NCBI GenBank assembly: GCA_013265495.1
Contig: MU058636.1
Coordinates: forward strand, 8,763,425 to 8,827,424
Reading direction: 5' to 3'
Source: Vicugna vicugna
Taxonomy: Eukaryota
DNA length: 64,000 bases
This document shows positions 50,650 to 63,520 of the stretch, in pieces (positions within the stretch are counted from its first letter, which is position 1; each line of letters begins with the position of its first letter). Both the position numbers and the translations under genes were made by a program. The notes beneath the pieces were generated by a model. That model saw only the letters and a program-made list of their open reading frames with translations, had not been told where the DNA came from and did not search any database.

Positions 50650-53600
50650 ATATAGGTAGATGTATAGATACATGGATATATGCATGGTATTTTATAATCT
50701 CATATCCATATCAATAAATGTACATAATCCAAACTACCGTACTTAACATTTGCATAATATTCCAATACAAGGAATGTGGATGTGGAAAGACAATATAAAA
50801 TAAACAGAATGTCACTTCTGATGTCCAAATGCCTGAACTGTCTCATTACTGCTGACGTGTCATGGGTTAGTTTTTTATAAAACTGTATCTATAAAATGAC
50901 AGATAAGATAAAATTGTAACAGGATATATTGCTATATCATGAAAATTAAATCTTATAATACATGTATAAAACTTAGAAAGGCTCTATATATAGTAAGCCT
51001 TTCATCATATTTGCTCATTTTCATCATTTTGACAATTTAATAAGCTAATCTCTATTTGTTAACATTTGTTCCCAATTTTTCATTACTGTCGGTCATGCTG
51101 TGATGATTATCTTTATAAAAGATGATTGCACAATTAAATATTTTCTTAGGATAAGACTGGAGAAAAAATTCTTTAGTTGAAGGGAAGCTACATATTAGGA
51201 TCTTCTGATAAATTTCTAAGTAGTACTTCAAAAAAATTTTGTTAATATTCTCTCCTACCATTACATGTGCCAGAATGTCTGTTGTACCCTCCCACCAACA
51301 CTAAGTATTATCATTATTTTTAATATGAACCGATTTGAAAAGAAAAAAACATTTTAAATAAGTTAAACAGCAAGTTTGGCTATTTTTATAAATGTTTATC
51401 AAATATCTCATTTTGGAAATTGCCTCATCATTTCATTTTGGTAATTATTTTTCTATTATGATCATCATTTTTTCCATTTATTTTGCAAGTGCACTTACAA
51501 AACTCTCTCCCGAGTAATTTCCTAAAAGTTTCACCTTCACTGTTTTCAGAGGTTTATTCTTTGTCGATTTGGGAATCTCTTCTAGTCAAGGAAAAACACC
51601 TTATTTAGGAATCTAACATTTCACTTTTTCAAAATTTTCAAAAAATGTGTATTTATAAAATGTGTATTTTCATAAGTTCCTGCATATGTTTTATGATTAT
51701 TGTTTCCTTTTCTTTTTTTTCACTTGAAATTGGATCTTACTTTGCACTGAATTTCTGATTCAGTGATTTGATTAGTATTGGTGTCATTTCTGCTTTTCAC
51801 TCCCTGCAATGTTAATTTCAATTCTGCTACTGAAGTTTTGGTATCCTTACTATCTTATCTTTCCAATTGCCTTCTTATATCAACTAAGTCTCTCCTTGTA
51901 GATTTTGATTATTTCAAAAAGAATAATAAAATTTTTTCTAAATTTTTATTTTGCAGAAAATTACTTTTAGAGGAAATGTTTTCTTCTGAGTCTTGAATTT
52001 GCTATTTGTTTTTCCTCTAAAAACCTTACATGCGATTTCTATGTTCTTAAAGATCAAAGAAGATACTGACTATAACAAACGTGTAATGACAGTAATAATA
52101 TTTAGCATTTCTTCAGTACCAACTAAGTGTGGTCTTATTACATGTCTTATCCTCTATTCCACAAGGTTTGTGTTGTTATAATCATTTTACAGAGAAGAAA
52201 GTTGTGTCTTAGATTAAGTAACTTGCTTATTGTTATGCATAGATCTATTAAGAAGATGAGTTGTGATTTAATTTAATACCAAATATCTCATTTGTTCCCA
52301 TTCAACATATTATCTTAAGTAATTACTCTTCTGTCACATTTAGTCTGAAGGAGTTAACACTGGAATATAAGTTATTCACAAAGCAGAAATTTATCATCTA
52401 TGGGAAGATATAATCACAACTGTGATAATCAAAATGTGCTTTGATTAATAAGTTCTACAGAACGTGACTAGGAGATGATGAAGCCATTGTACCTGGGACA
52501 ATGGCTGATGTTAGAAGTTGAGTGCAGAGCTGTTCCATTTAAGGACCAGAGAATGCTTGTCTTGATAGAACATGGTGTTTACTTTGGGGAAAGTGTCTTT
52601 GTAAGGTCATATTGTTTCTAAAATGGTAATTGAGACTTACAGAACCATACCTGCAACTCTAGAATGAATGGATGTTTTGAATGTCTTGAATACCAAATTT
52701 TATTCTGGAGAAAGTCTGAGCATCCATCATTTTTTTCAGTAAATAAATAGTATTAAAAATGAAATGCATATTCGTCTATTTAGAGATGTTTACTGTCTGC
52801 CGGTTTTGAGCACAGACATGCCCAAATGAGTAATGCTACATTGCTTATGTCTTGCCCTTCAGCAAAGCACAATCTGATGGAAGAGACCAGTACATATACA
52901 AATCATTGCAATAGAGCCATAAACATCAAGAACATGCACAAATAGGTTCATAAACAGTGCTACAGACCCAAACGGTTACAGTACATCGAGGGACATCCTA
53001 CTACAGAGCCATAAACCCTGACTTAAAGCTAGAGAATGCAAATAAGGGAATGGTTAATCCTACCTGTGTGAAGGATTAGGAAAGCTTCATGGGAGGTGTT
53101 GATTTGTGATGAGAGCCTATGAAATTAACAGAATTCTGTCAGCTAGTGAGAAAAGGGGAAAGCAAGTGTCCCCCTTTCAATTTTTTCATCATTCCCCTGC
53201 CTTAATTTCTAAGAGTTCTGCATGTGTTCAGCATGCTGAATGCTTCAAGCTCGAAGTCAAATTTAGAAACAAGTTCTGTGCCCTAAGGGCAGAGGGTGAC
53301 ACTGGGTCGTATTGGCCACTGCGGGATATTAGGATTTCTTACTACATTTCAGACCACAGACTGTTTTGTGACACCCCAGAGTTCTTCTTATGAGTGTGGA
53401 TCTTAGATGAGGTGGGGGCTTCAGTTTGATCTGCATTCATTATGTGATAGATTTACGATCAGACTACTCTCAGTGTTTCTAGAGAATGCTTCCAAACAGG
53501 AAGAGAAAATTTGTTCAAAATAAAGCAATGTTCTTAAGAAGCTGCCCTTCTGCACCTTCACCTTCCCATTCAAAATTGTACAGAACACGATACTACCCAG

Positions 53601-54244
53601 ATTTAGAGTAAACACTTCAAGGTGACTGAGGATCCTTTAAATACAACTCGATCCCCAATCTTACTTAATGGAAATCTGGAGCTGCTGTGAGGATGCGGTA
53701 CGGCTGAGAGGTGCCATAGCCCAAAAGTACAACAGGAGGTCTGATGGCAAAGGGAATTTTGTACATCCTCCCCCTTTAAAAAAAAATTTCTCTTTCCTTA
53801 TTCCTATTCCCTCTTGTTCTGCAGTATCTATCCTGGAGTCCTTCAGTTATTAAACAAACAAACTAAAAAACTTGCTTTCATGCAGGGGTCAATTCATCCT
53901 CAATAAATTTAGCTGAATATGGTTAAAACTTTTATTTTTTTTATGAAAAGGGCACCCTAAAAATTCAGAAAGCTTTCAAAGCAAGTAGTCACTGATGGAA
54001 TGATTTCAGGTACCATAATAGATCATTGAAGTGGTATTTTGGGGTTTGAATAAGAGCTAATCACTTTCTGTACCATGAATGTAATTGTATTTGTTTGTTC
54101 CAATCACACTGTAATACTGTATTATGATGATGCCTACACACACACACACACACACGACCCTGTATGCATCTTCTTTATCCATTCTTTGGTTGACATACAT
54201 TTAGGTTGTTTCTATGTTTTGGCCATTGTGAATAATGCTAGTGC

Positions 54245-54640
54245 AACTTTTAGTTTGGATCATCTGAGAGCCTGAGAAGGAAGTCAGATGCTCCTGATTT
54301 ATTAAGGAAACACTCAGAAGAAAGGATGTGAAGGAAGCAGGACAGGACAGAGGAAAGAGCTAAGTTAAGGATGTCCTCTGAGCCTGGCGTCCTCCTGCCA
54401 GCTGATCCCACAGAGGGCTCTGGAGCAGAACCTGCAGCACAAAATTGGTCTCACTTTGAGCCACTGGCATCCAGGTCAGTCTGCCATTCCCTGTGAGCTG
54501 CACAAGGCTGGGCACTCTTGTTCAACTCGGGGCAAGTCTCAAGAGGAGAGAGGAGCTGTAAGTCCTTAGCAGCCATCACTAAGCAATGGAGGATGAATGT
54601 TCTGGCCTGATGAAGGAGATCTGGCCAGAGCAGCAAAAAC
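54245..54640. mobile_element. Old MLT1 (J/K-like) or related ERVL LTR
   Basis: AGCTGATCCCACAGAGGGCTCTGGAGCAGAAC...AGCTGTAAGTCCTTAGCAGCCATCACT..GCAATGGAGGATGAATG..CCTGATGAAGGAGATCTGG. Confidence 0.55.
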
Positions 54641-54659
54641 TTTCATAAATTTACTTTTT

Positions 54660-55320
54660 AATTTATTATATAGTGAACACTCAGAAATATTTATTACATC
54701 TTTAAATGAATTATTGGACTGTAACTATGAGCAAGGTGTTATATCATTTCCGGTGAATGCCCACTGGAGTGGGGGTGGTGAGATAAAACCACGAACAACC
54801 TATAACATAGGGAAGACTGTAACATCTACAAGATAGATGTATAGATTTTAAGGAACTACAGATGAGGTATAAATTTCGTCTCAAAGCAATCAGGAAAGAC
54901 TTCAGGGAAGAAAATGGAACTTGTAATTTTTTACGAACATATTGATTCTGAGGAAGAAAAGAGGTAAATACTTCAACAGGCGAGAGCTACATTGCCAGTG
55001 CCACTGAGACAGAACGTTTCTGCATCAGGCGAAGAAAAGCGGTCATGTAGCTGCTGCATAGAGCACATGTTACAGTGTGTACATTTCATAGTAGAAGAGG
55101 AGTAAATATCACTAGAAAGATTAACTGGGGGTCTAAATGTGGAGGATGCTGAGTGGCAAGCCGAGAGGTTTGGTTTTAACTCTACAGGTAATGGGAAGTC
55201 ATTAGGGATATTTTAGCATGAAAGTGAAGTTAACAGAAAAGATAGTTTTAATCCAGTGAGGTAGTTTACACTGGGGAGCATCTAGATAGATAGAAACCAA
55301 TTATAAGGCTACCTTGAATT
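54660..55320 (-). mobile_element. L2 LINE fragment
   Basis: CAGGAAAGACTTCAGGGAAGAAA and GAGGTTTGGTTTTAACTCTACAGGTAATGGGAAGTCATTAGGGATATTTTAGCATG. Confidence 0.65.
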
Positions 55321-56707
55321 ACCTTTTGAAATTAAATGCCTTAATATCTCTGCTTCTTCGTTGAAAGCTACATTTTATTAAATATTTATTCTAAGCAATT
55401 TCTTTTAAAGGTTAAATGAAAAAGCAGACTTTCTAAACACTGTATTTCTAGGCCATATGTAAATTCCTTGTCTTGAAATACATTTTGAGAAAAAGTATGA
55501 TATATGAGAATTTCAAAATATTTCTGACCCTGAATATATAATAATTGAAAGTTGACAAAATATAGACTTTCCACTAACTCTTTCTTAGTGTTAAAATATA
55601 GTCCATGGTGGATTTCTTTGATTTATTTTATTATCTTAATTAGACATTTCATAATTCTCAACTGCAACAAATTTGTACTTAAGAGTTTCTTAGGGGTTTA
55701 TCCCGAGAAGGGACAGTGAGGAATCAAAAGCATAATGCTCAATCCTCAAAGAGAAAATAAAGCAATGTTTATGGGAACATTCTGAGTTAGAGACGCTTTC
55801 ACATAAAGTTTCTTACTTATTTTGCATATTCAGTAAGTGCTCTCATTGTAATTTATGTGTTAATTAAGTGACCTGAGTTTACCTAGTAAGAGTCAGAATT
55901 CAAACTCAGTTTTGTCAACCTAAAGCTCTTTCCATATCTATTAGCCTACATAGCATAGCATCCATACATATATTACATCTACTAGCAGACACAGAATATT
56001 CACATGTAAAGATGAGCAGCAATATAGGGTAGCTATTGTTAGGAGCTAGGGAATAGTGCTACAGAAAATAACTGCCAGTATGTAGCTCTATAAATGTTAA
56101 AATATATGTAACACACTTTTTCTTATTCCTATAATCCCATTTAATTTCAAACTCTGTCCCCACAAGCTCTCCAACCTCAGGGATGAGGCCATACTATAAA
56201 ATGATAATCACGTTTACAGGCCATAAATAGAAGAATGATTATGGTTATACTGAAGAATTAATATTATATTATTTAGTTTTTTTAAGATTTTATATGTTTC
56301 ATAAATAGTATGATGTTTAATTTATTAAAATATTACTTATTTATTGGATTACACAATAGTACAACTGATTTGATATTAATGGATGTGTTTAAATAAATAC
56401 TTTCATTCTGCTAGTCACAAAATTTTGCCTAGAATGAATTTATTGCTAATCCTCACAAAATTCCCCAAGATTAGGTTTTGTAATCATTGTTGCAGTTAGA
56501 AAATTAAAACTGCAAAAGGTTTTGTAACTTGCCCAAGGGCACATATCATTAATTTTAGAATTAATATGAGTGTCCGAGTCTCTGTGACAGGGCATCAGCT
56601 TAAAAGAACCTATTACCTATTTGTAGAAAGACACTCGAATTAAAAACTAGTGACAGACAGTGAAAAGCTTATGTCTGATTAGATGATCAGGGCACTAGAA
56701 TAGTCAT

Positions 56708-57188
56708 TGTAGTAGTTTCCCACCGCTGTTGCAACAAATTACCTTAACTTGGTGTTTTAAAATAACACAATTTTATTATCTTACAATTCTGGAAGTCAGA
56801 AGTCCAAAATGAGTCCATGAAGTAAAATCAAGGTGTTGGTAGGACTGGGTTCCTTCTGTAGGTCTCGAGGACAATCCATGTCCTTCCCTCTTCCAGCTTC
56901 TACAGGCTCCTATTCCTGGTGCACAACCCCTTCCATCTTCAAACACAGCAATAGCTGGTCAAGTCTTTCTCATGCTACATCATTCTACACTCCTGCCTCT
57001 CTCTTCCACGTTTAAAGGACTCACGTGATTCCTTGAGGTCCACCCAGGTAATCCAGGATAATCTCTTTATCTCAAGATTCTTAACTAGATCACATCTTCA
57101 GAGTATCTTCTGTCGGGTCAAGTAATGTATTCACAGGTCCTGGAGATTTTGACATGAACATCCTTGGAGTCCATTATCTTGCCTATTA
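56708..57188 (-). mobile_element. MLT1D-like MaLR LTR
   Basis: TGTAGTAGTTTCCCACCGCTGTTGCAACAAATTACC...TTATTATCTTACAATTCTGGAAGTCAGAAGTCCAAAATGAG...CCCAGGTAATCCAGGATAATCTC...CCATTATCTTGCCTATTA. Confidence 0.9.
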
Positions 57189-57529
57189 GATTCAGGGAAG
57201 GCTTTCTTGAAGAAAGTGGTATGTAGACTTTGACACTGAGTGTTCGAGTTTGGGTCAGAACATTGTAATCTGAGGAAACATTCAGACGAGATATGGTGAG
57301 AGACTGAGAGATTATTTAGAGTGGCCCATGTGTGCAGCCATGGCTACTGTATCATTCACTAACTACTTTTTGTGATTTCAGTTAAGTCACTGTAATGTTC
57401 AGGGTCTCCATTTTTTCACATATAAAATGAAGGTATCAGGCTATGTGATCTCTATAGAGTCTTCTTCCAACCACATAAATATATATTTACATTTTTACAT
57501 ATATATTCATGCATAAATGAGTACTTCTT

Positions 57530-57690
57530 CAACTTGAGGTAAAATTGACATATAACACTATATTAGTTTCAGGTGTACAACATCATGATTCAGTCTTTGT
57601 ATATATTGCAAAATGCTCGCCACAGTAAGTCTAATTAACATTCATCAAAATACATAGTTACAAAAAACTCTTTTCTTATGATGAGAATGT
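57530..57690 (-). mobile_element. L1 3' end (laurasiatherian/artiodactyl type)
   Basis: TTGAGGTAAAATTGACATATAACACTATATTAGTTTCAGGTGTACAACATCATGATTCAG..TGTATATATTGCAAAATGCTCGCCACAGTAAGTCTA. Confidence 0.85.
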
Positions 57691-58157
57691 CAAACAATAT
57701 TTATCAGGCCTCCGGAGGGTGCACGGCAGTGTTCAAGCATGAGACAGTCATTAAACATCTTGTGTTTAGCTTAATCAAAGCTTTACATTTCTATTTGGAT
57801 AGGGCCATGCATTTTTATTTTCTACCTCATTCATTCTGAAACAAAATGAAAAATTATTTTGTATATTTGCTTTTTTTCCTTTCTTCTGTCATCACCTCGT
57901 TCATGGCACTTTTATTTAGTCTTTTGTAACTTTTTTCATTTAATTAAAATATATTCTTCTCAATATTTTAGTTTTGTCAAAGCAAAGAAAAAGAGAAAGA
58001 TACAAAAACTTGTTATGCATTGTTTGTATTTATTAGTATTTTCCTGTATTATTTGTCATCTTTCTGAGATTTACTGTGCTCTTTCTTTACGTCATACTAT
58101 TCCTTCATGTGAAACAATTCCAACACCAGAGTCTACTTAAAAGCAAACAGACATCAT

Positions 58158-58432
58158 ATTTTTAAACATTTTTTATTGATTTATAATCATTTTACAACGT
58201 TGTGTCAAATTCCAGTGTAGAGCACAATTTTTCAATTACACATGAACATGTGCATATTCATTGTCACAATTTTTCTCTGTGAGCTACCATAAGATCGTGT
58301 ATATATTTCCCTGTGCTATACAGTATAATCTTGTTTATCTATTCTACAATTTTGAAATCCCAGTCTATCTCTTCCCACCCCCTGCCCCCTTGGCAACCAC
58401 AAGTTTATATTCTATGTCTGTGAGTCTATTTC
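58158..58432 (-). mobile_element. Young camelid L1 3' end with perfect TSD
   Basis: AACATTTTTTATTGATTTATAATCATTTTACAACGTTGTGTCAAATTCCAGTGTAGAGCAC...GTGAGTCTATTTC, flanked by TAAAAGCAAACAGACATCAT at 58138-58157 and 58433-58452. Confidence 0.92.
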
Positions 58433-58719
58433 TAAAAGCAAACAGACATCATGATCTAAATTCAAAATCAGCTCCCAGACTTGCCACAAAGCTTGTATTT
58501 CTACTGTTAGTATGACTCCTTTGGATTTTAAAAAAAAAATCCTCTTCTGTAAACTCTTATTAAAAGGCAATCATTTTGCCCTGAAAGAAGTTTACTGATT
58601 GCATATCACCATAATATACTGGCAAAGAGCAGAGAGCCAGTCCTGAGTAGACAGCTGGAAGGCCCTATGCATTCTGGATGATGATGAAGTAGAGGAGGGA
58701 AGGCCCAGGCTCAGGATAC

Positions 58720-59440
58720 TGCCGTGTCTCTCTACTATCTCTGCCACGGACTTCTTTCCTGTTCTCTCAACTACACCTTAGTTGGGTCTTAATACCTCCT
58801 ACCTGACACATATATCAACATACTATGCCATTTATATCACTTTCTTGATAGGTTCCTACATCCAGCCCCTCCCCTTCAATTAACCCCACATACTTCGTAT
58901 GTCATCACTCTGCTCTGAAGCTTATTTGTCTATATCACAGGTAAGTTAAAATTCAGAGTCTTCCACAGCATGGTCTGTACCAATCTTTTCAACGTCGCTG
59001 CACTTTTAACGAAGTCTTCACTAGTGTCAAACATGTCTACTCACAATTCCTTGAATACACATACATCAACATCCATTTCTACCTCTACTCATCAAAATAG
59101 TTTCCTTGCCAAGTAAGCTTGGACTCTTCCTTTTTCTTTCTAAATCCTATCTTTCTAGCTCTGCAAGAAGATCTTATCTTATTTCCTCAGATTTCATGGA
59201 TTAATACTTCCCTGAAATTCTATGGCACTGATAATCTGTTCTTCATTTGTCATAGAGTGAACTGTGGGTTTGCTTTTTTAAACGTAGGTTTCTCTTCTCA
59301 GTGTAAATATACTACCTGCCCAACTACATTCTAAATCCCTCAGGAATGGGGACTCTAACCTTACCCTGTTGGCATTCTCAATCCATAGCACATAGCCTTA
59401 TTTATAAATGGTTCGCAGTAGAAGTTTGTGAATGATTATG
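58720..59440 (+). mobile_element. L2 LINE fragment
   Basis: ATGTCATCACTCTGCTCTGAAGC, GTTAAAATTCAGAGTCTT and CATAGCACATAGCC..ATAAATGGTTCGCAGTAGAAGTTTGTGAATGA. Confidence 0.6.
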
Positions 59441-60480
59441 ACAACTACTTTACAATTTGGTTCAAGGAATCTAAATTATATGTAGACAAAAAGCCTACTG
59501 GTATTTGATTATTTGTATGTAATAGAGATACGGAGGAGGGTACTGAATAGCTGAGAAGCCATGGGATTGAGGGGGTCACCAAGATAAAAGTTGTAACTTT
59601 TAAAATGCAGATCAAGGTTCTGAACTGCACCCTTATCAAGTGTCAACACAAGGATATAACATATGGTAACTCAGATTCTTCCAAATGTGATCATGTTTGC
59701 TAAAAACATTTTAAAACTCATTATGAGGTTTTAGGCAAATTCTAGTAACATTCTTGGGGATAGAGCCAACTATCTTCCACTTTGTTTCAAAAATTCAAAG
59801 CTTACTGTAGTTCTTACATCACCAAAATGATCACACAGTTCAGAATATATAACACCTTTCTGAGAAGGTTCTGTTTTTCTGGATACACAGAAATGATTCT
59901 TATCTCAGCTGAAAACAGGTATGAGGTCACTTTTCAAGAACAGGCTCAAATATTTCTTTCTCTGAAAAATCATCTTCAAATCATTTCATAATTAGTTGTT
60001 TCTTCCAATATGCTCCCCAAACACGTTACCTTTCTCTGTTATAAAACTTACTAGCATTTTATTATATAGTTTATTTACATTTCCATAATTGTCACTAGCC
60101 CAACAAATTGTTAAGATATTTTTCCCCTTTTGTTTTTTGTTTGATTTTTAATGTTGGGGAAATTTCACATTAAAAGTGTGCCATGAATGTTTATCAAATG
60201 TGTATTTTAAGAACATATGGAAGTTTGAAACTTCTACCACCTGATTTTGGGTATTTATTCTCTCAGAAGCATCTGTCACGCTTTAAGCAAACAGAAGTCC
60301 ACAGAGCCAACAAATGAAGTGATCAGTAACAATAGTGAGATTGAAGCAAGCTCCTTAAAATGGAATTATGCTTCGACTTTATAACTCTCACCAGAACTAA
60401 AAGAGTTCTTGGCATACTGTATGTGCTCAATAAAGATTTACTAAGTGGATTTTAAATCCTACTCTGACCATTACAATTTC

Positions 60481-61380
60481 AGAGGTGAAGAAAAATCAGC
60501 ACCAAATATAAGGTATTCCCTTGCCAGTGAAGACGGGCTAGAAAATAGAGAGGCTATATTTCAATATTTTATTCCACCTCTCCTGAATTTCTGATGATCT
60601 GTACCTTCCAAGTTGCTGAAGCCATTAAAACGAACAACTCATGAAAGTTTCTGAAGACCCTCTCAACTCCTGAATCTTCTGGTAATAACACAACAGGTTA
60701 TATGTAAATCCTTGATATTTATAAAAGGATATGAATTTACAAGCCCTAGTACAATATGATGACCATATTACAAAATTTATGGAATTCAGATTTCAGTGAA
60801 ATCATGGATGTTTAAAGTATCATCCCATTTATCACACCTCTGTGTTGATGAATGTGGACAGTAATGACTGATGCAACAGTTTAATGGGAAGAAAAACAGC
60901 TATCTCCATTATGGGGGAACGTTTTCAGACTTACTAATAGCATATCTGTGGTATCTGTTTACTCCCCAATAGCAAAAATGGCATTCTATGTAACAGAACT
61001 GTGAATAATTGTAAAGCTTCTGGTACTTAACTGTACCAGATGGCTTAACTATAGAGAGATTCAAATGAATGGTATTATATTTACCAGACATCTGGAAAAC
61101 TTCTAACAACATATGGAACTCAAGACTAGCACTCCCAGTAATTTTTAATGGCAAGGCATTAACATTTGCAAAAGTGAGATTCTGATATGGCAGCATTTTA
61201 CCACATCCATTGTTGTTCAGACTTTCTACAGTTCTCCTAGTAGCAATGTATGCAGAACATTTATATATACGAAGTGGTTAGCAATCTATGGATGCTTTGA
61301 AATTTTGTGGCACAGGAAGAACTATGAGAATTGAAAAGGAAAGATCAAAAGAGAAAAAGTATAATTTAACCGTACTGTGA
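60481..61380 (+). mobile_element. Possible ancient piggyBac-like transposase fossil (tentative)
   Basis: Ordered degenerate motifs across frames: AIFQYF, PYYKI-x19-HLCVDE (60763-60852), HFTTSI (61194-61211), FCGT (61303-61314). Many stops. No TIRs identified. Confidence 0.35.
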
Positions 61381-61934
61381 AAACAAGCAATGTTCCTTAA
61401 TGGCTGAGAAAGGCTGACTGTTATTTTTTTAAAACAAAACAAAACAAAAAAATTGGACAGTGTTTTCTCTTCAAATTCTTAGTAACTGACAATTTAACTC
61501 ATATTTGATTTTTTATTTCCAAACATAGTGCTTAAGAAAGTGGTTTGAGAACAAAAAATAAAAGTAAAAATAAAATTAAAAAAAACAAAGTGGTTTGGGA
61601 TATAACCAGACCTTCCTCTGGTGCCACCCAGTTTATCTATATTTTTGAGTCCCAGAATTCACCTTATTGAAGAACAGTAGAAGAATCATATCTCTAATAT
61701 TCTTATGGATTACTAAACAATAAACTGTTATAAGTAAAATGCATTTAAGGCTATATAAGAATCTTTCAATTATCCATTGTAAGAATTAAATAGGTTAAAA
61801 ATAATCTGTAAGGTTATGGGTGACAATCAGAGTTCAATTAAGATAATAGGTTAGCAATTATCTAATCAAGACATGTTATAAGACTAAATAAATGTCTAAG
61901 TAGAACTTTAACATTTTCAGTCAATTTCAAATGA

Positions 61935-62030
61935 ACAAAGGGAGGAAGAAAGAAAGAAAAGGGAAAAAAGAAAGAAAAAGACAGATACGGAGGGAAAGAA
62001 AAAGGAGGAAAAGAGGAAGAATAGGGATCA
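61935..62030 (+). repeat. Purine-rich (GAAA/GGAA) low-complexity tract
   Basis: AAAGGGAGGAAGAAAGAAAGAAAAGGGAAAAAAGAAAGAAAAAG... Confidence 0.8.
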
Positions 62031-62099
62031 GAGGACAGTAGGTGTTAAAAAAGGGGAAAAGTTAAATAGGGCTTTAGGAAAATCACTTCAATATAAATT

Positions 62100-63520
62100 C
62101 TATTCCTTAAAATAACATCGAGAAATACATTGAGTAGATTTCTGTATATTGACTTGTGTCCAATAACTCTATTTAATTCACTTAATAATGCTAATAATTT
62201 ATTTGTAAATTCTTTTGGAGTTTCTAAATATGCAATCATAAAGCTTCTTAAATATATGTTGATAGTGTTCATTCATTTATGGAAATTCTCACCCAATATA
62301 TTTTCAAATATGGTTTCTACTCAATTTTCTCTCTCTTCTTCTTCTGGAACTCATTGCTCATTGTTAAAACTTTTTACAATGATCTGCATGTCTCTTATGT
62401 TCTTTGGTAGATCTCGTTTCTCTCTCTCAGCATCATATTGATACTTTTTTATTGATCTAGCTAACAGATCACTGATTCTGTCTTCTGATGTTTTTAACCT
62501 TTCATTACTGCTATTGAATTCTTAACTTCGATTATTATTATTTTTTTGACTTCTACCATTTTATTCTTTTGTGTGTGTGTGAATTTTGGGATCTTTACTG
62601 AAATCCTCCATAATTTTCTCTATGATCTTGTACATATTAATCAAAATTATTTTAACATCTCTGTTGGTAACTCAAAATCTCAACCACGAGTCAGTCAGTT
62701 TCTTTTATCTGTTTTTTCTTCATTTTCAGTCAGTGATCCTGTATGTTTGCTTGTTGTGCTTTACTGTGATTTGTAATTTTGGATAAGATGAGCATTCTGT
62801 GTATAATACCACAGAAATTCTGGATGATGTTAACTACTTCCAAAAAACTTAAATTTTTCTTTTGGTAGGCAGATAAACAATGAATCGGCATCAATCTGAG
62901 CTTTGTAATAGCTGATACATACTTTAGGTTTATATTTACTTCTAGGCTGTCATACTTTTAGACCATGGCACTTACTTTAAGTTTTGCCTGATGTCTAAAG
63001 TCAAAGATGGACCATACAGCTGCTAAAATCTCAGTCCAACTCTTACAGCTGTCCAGCTGTTTTTCTTTGCTGAGTTTCCTAGGGTCTTTCACTATGGATG
63101 CACAACTGAGGATCAACCTTAGACTTAAGAACAATTCTATACAGATTTTGGCATTTATTTCTCTGCAGCCCCCTTCTCTCCAGAATTCTGTTGCTTTACT
63201 TTCAGCCAGTCTGAAAGCCTCAAACTCCAATCTCTTTCCTCCCAGCCAAGTAGGGCTCTTGATTGCTGCTTGGTACATTTCTTCTCCCAGTGGGTAAACC
63301 AGAAATTTCCCTAAGGGAAAAAACTTAGATAGATATGGAAATGACATGGTACACTGTCCTTCAATCAAGGACTCTAATCACTCAAATCTTACTTGTGTTT
63401 CTTGCTCCTCATTTTCTTCAAACAGTTGTTTTTTAAAATATATTTTGTCCATTTGATAATTATTTTCACCAGTAAGGATAGTGCAATTTGAGTTTCCCTC
63501 TAGTTACCAAATACAGAATA
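62100..63520 (-). mobile_element. Old L1M fragments (ORF2 piece, then ORF1/5' UTR)
   Basis: ORF 62045-62272(-) MIAYLETPKEFTNKLLALLSELNRVIGHKS resembles L1 RT MIVYLENPKDSTKKLLELINEFSKVAGYKIN. Antisense ORF1/5' UTR tracts follow. Confidence 0.75.

Noticed and set aside
62958..63368. 136-aa ORF
   Set aside because: It lies within an old L1M 5' UTR-like fossil, has a non-ATG start, and shows no recognisable domain.
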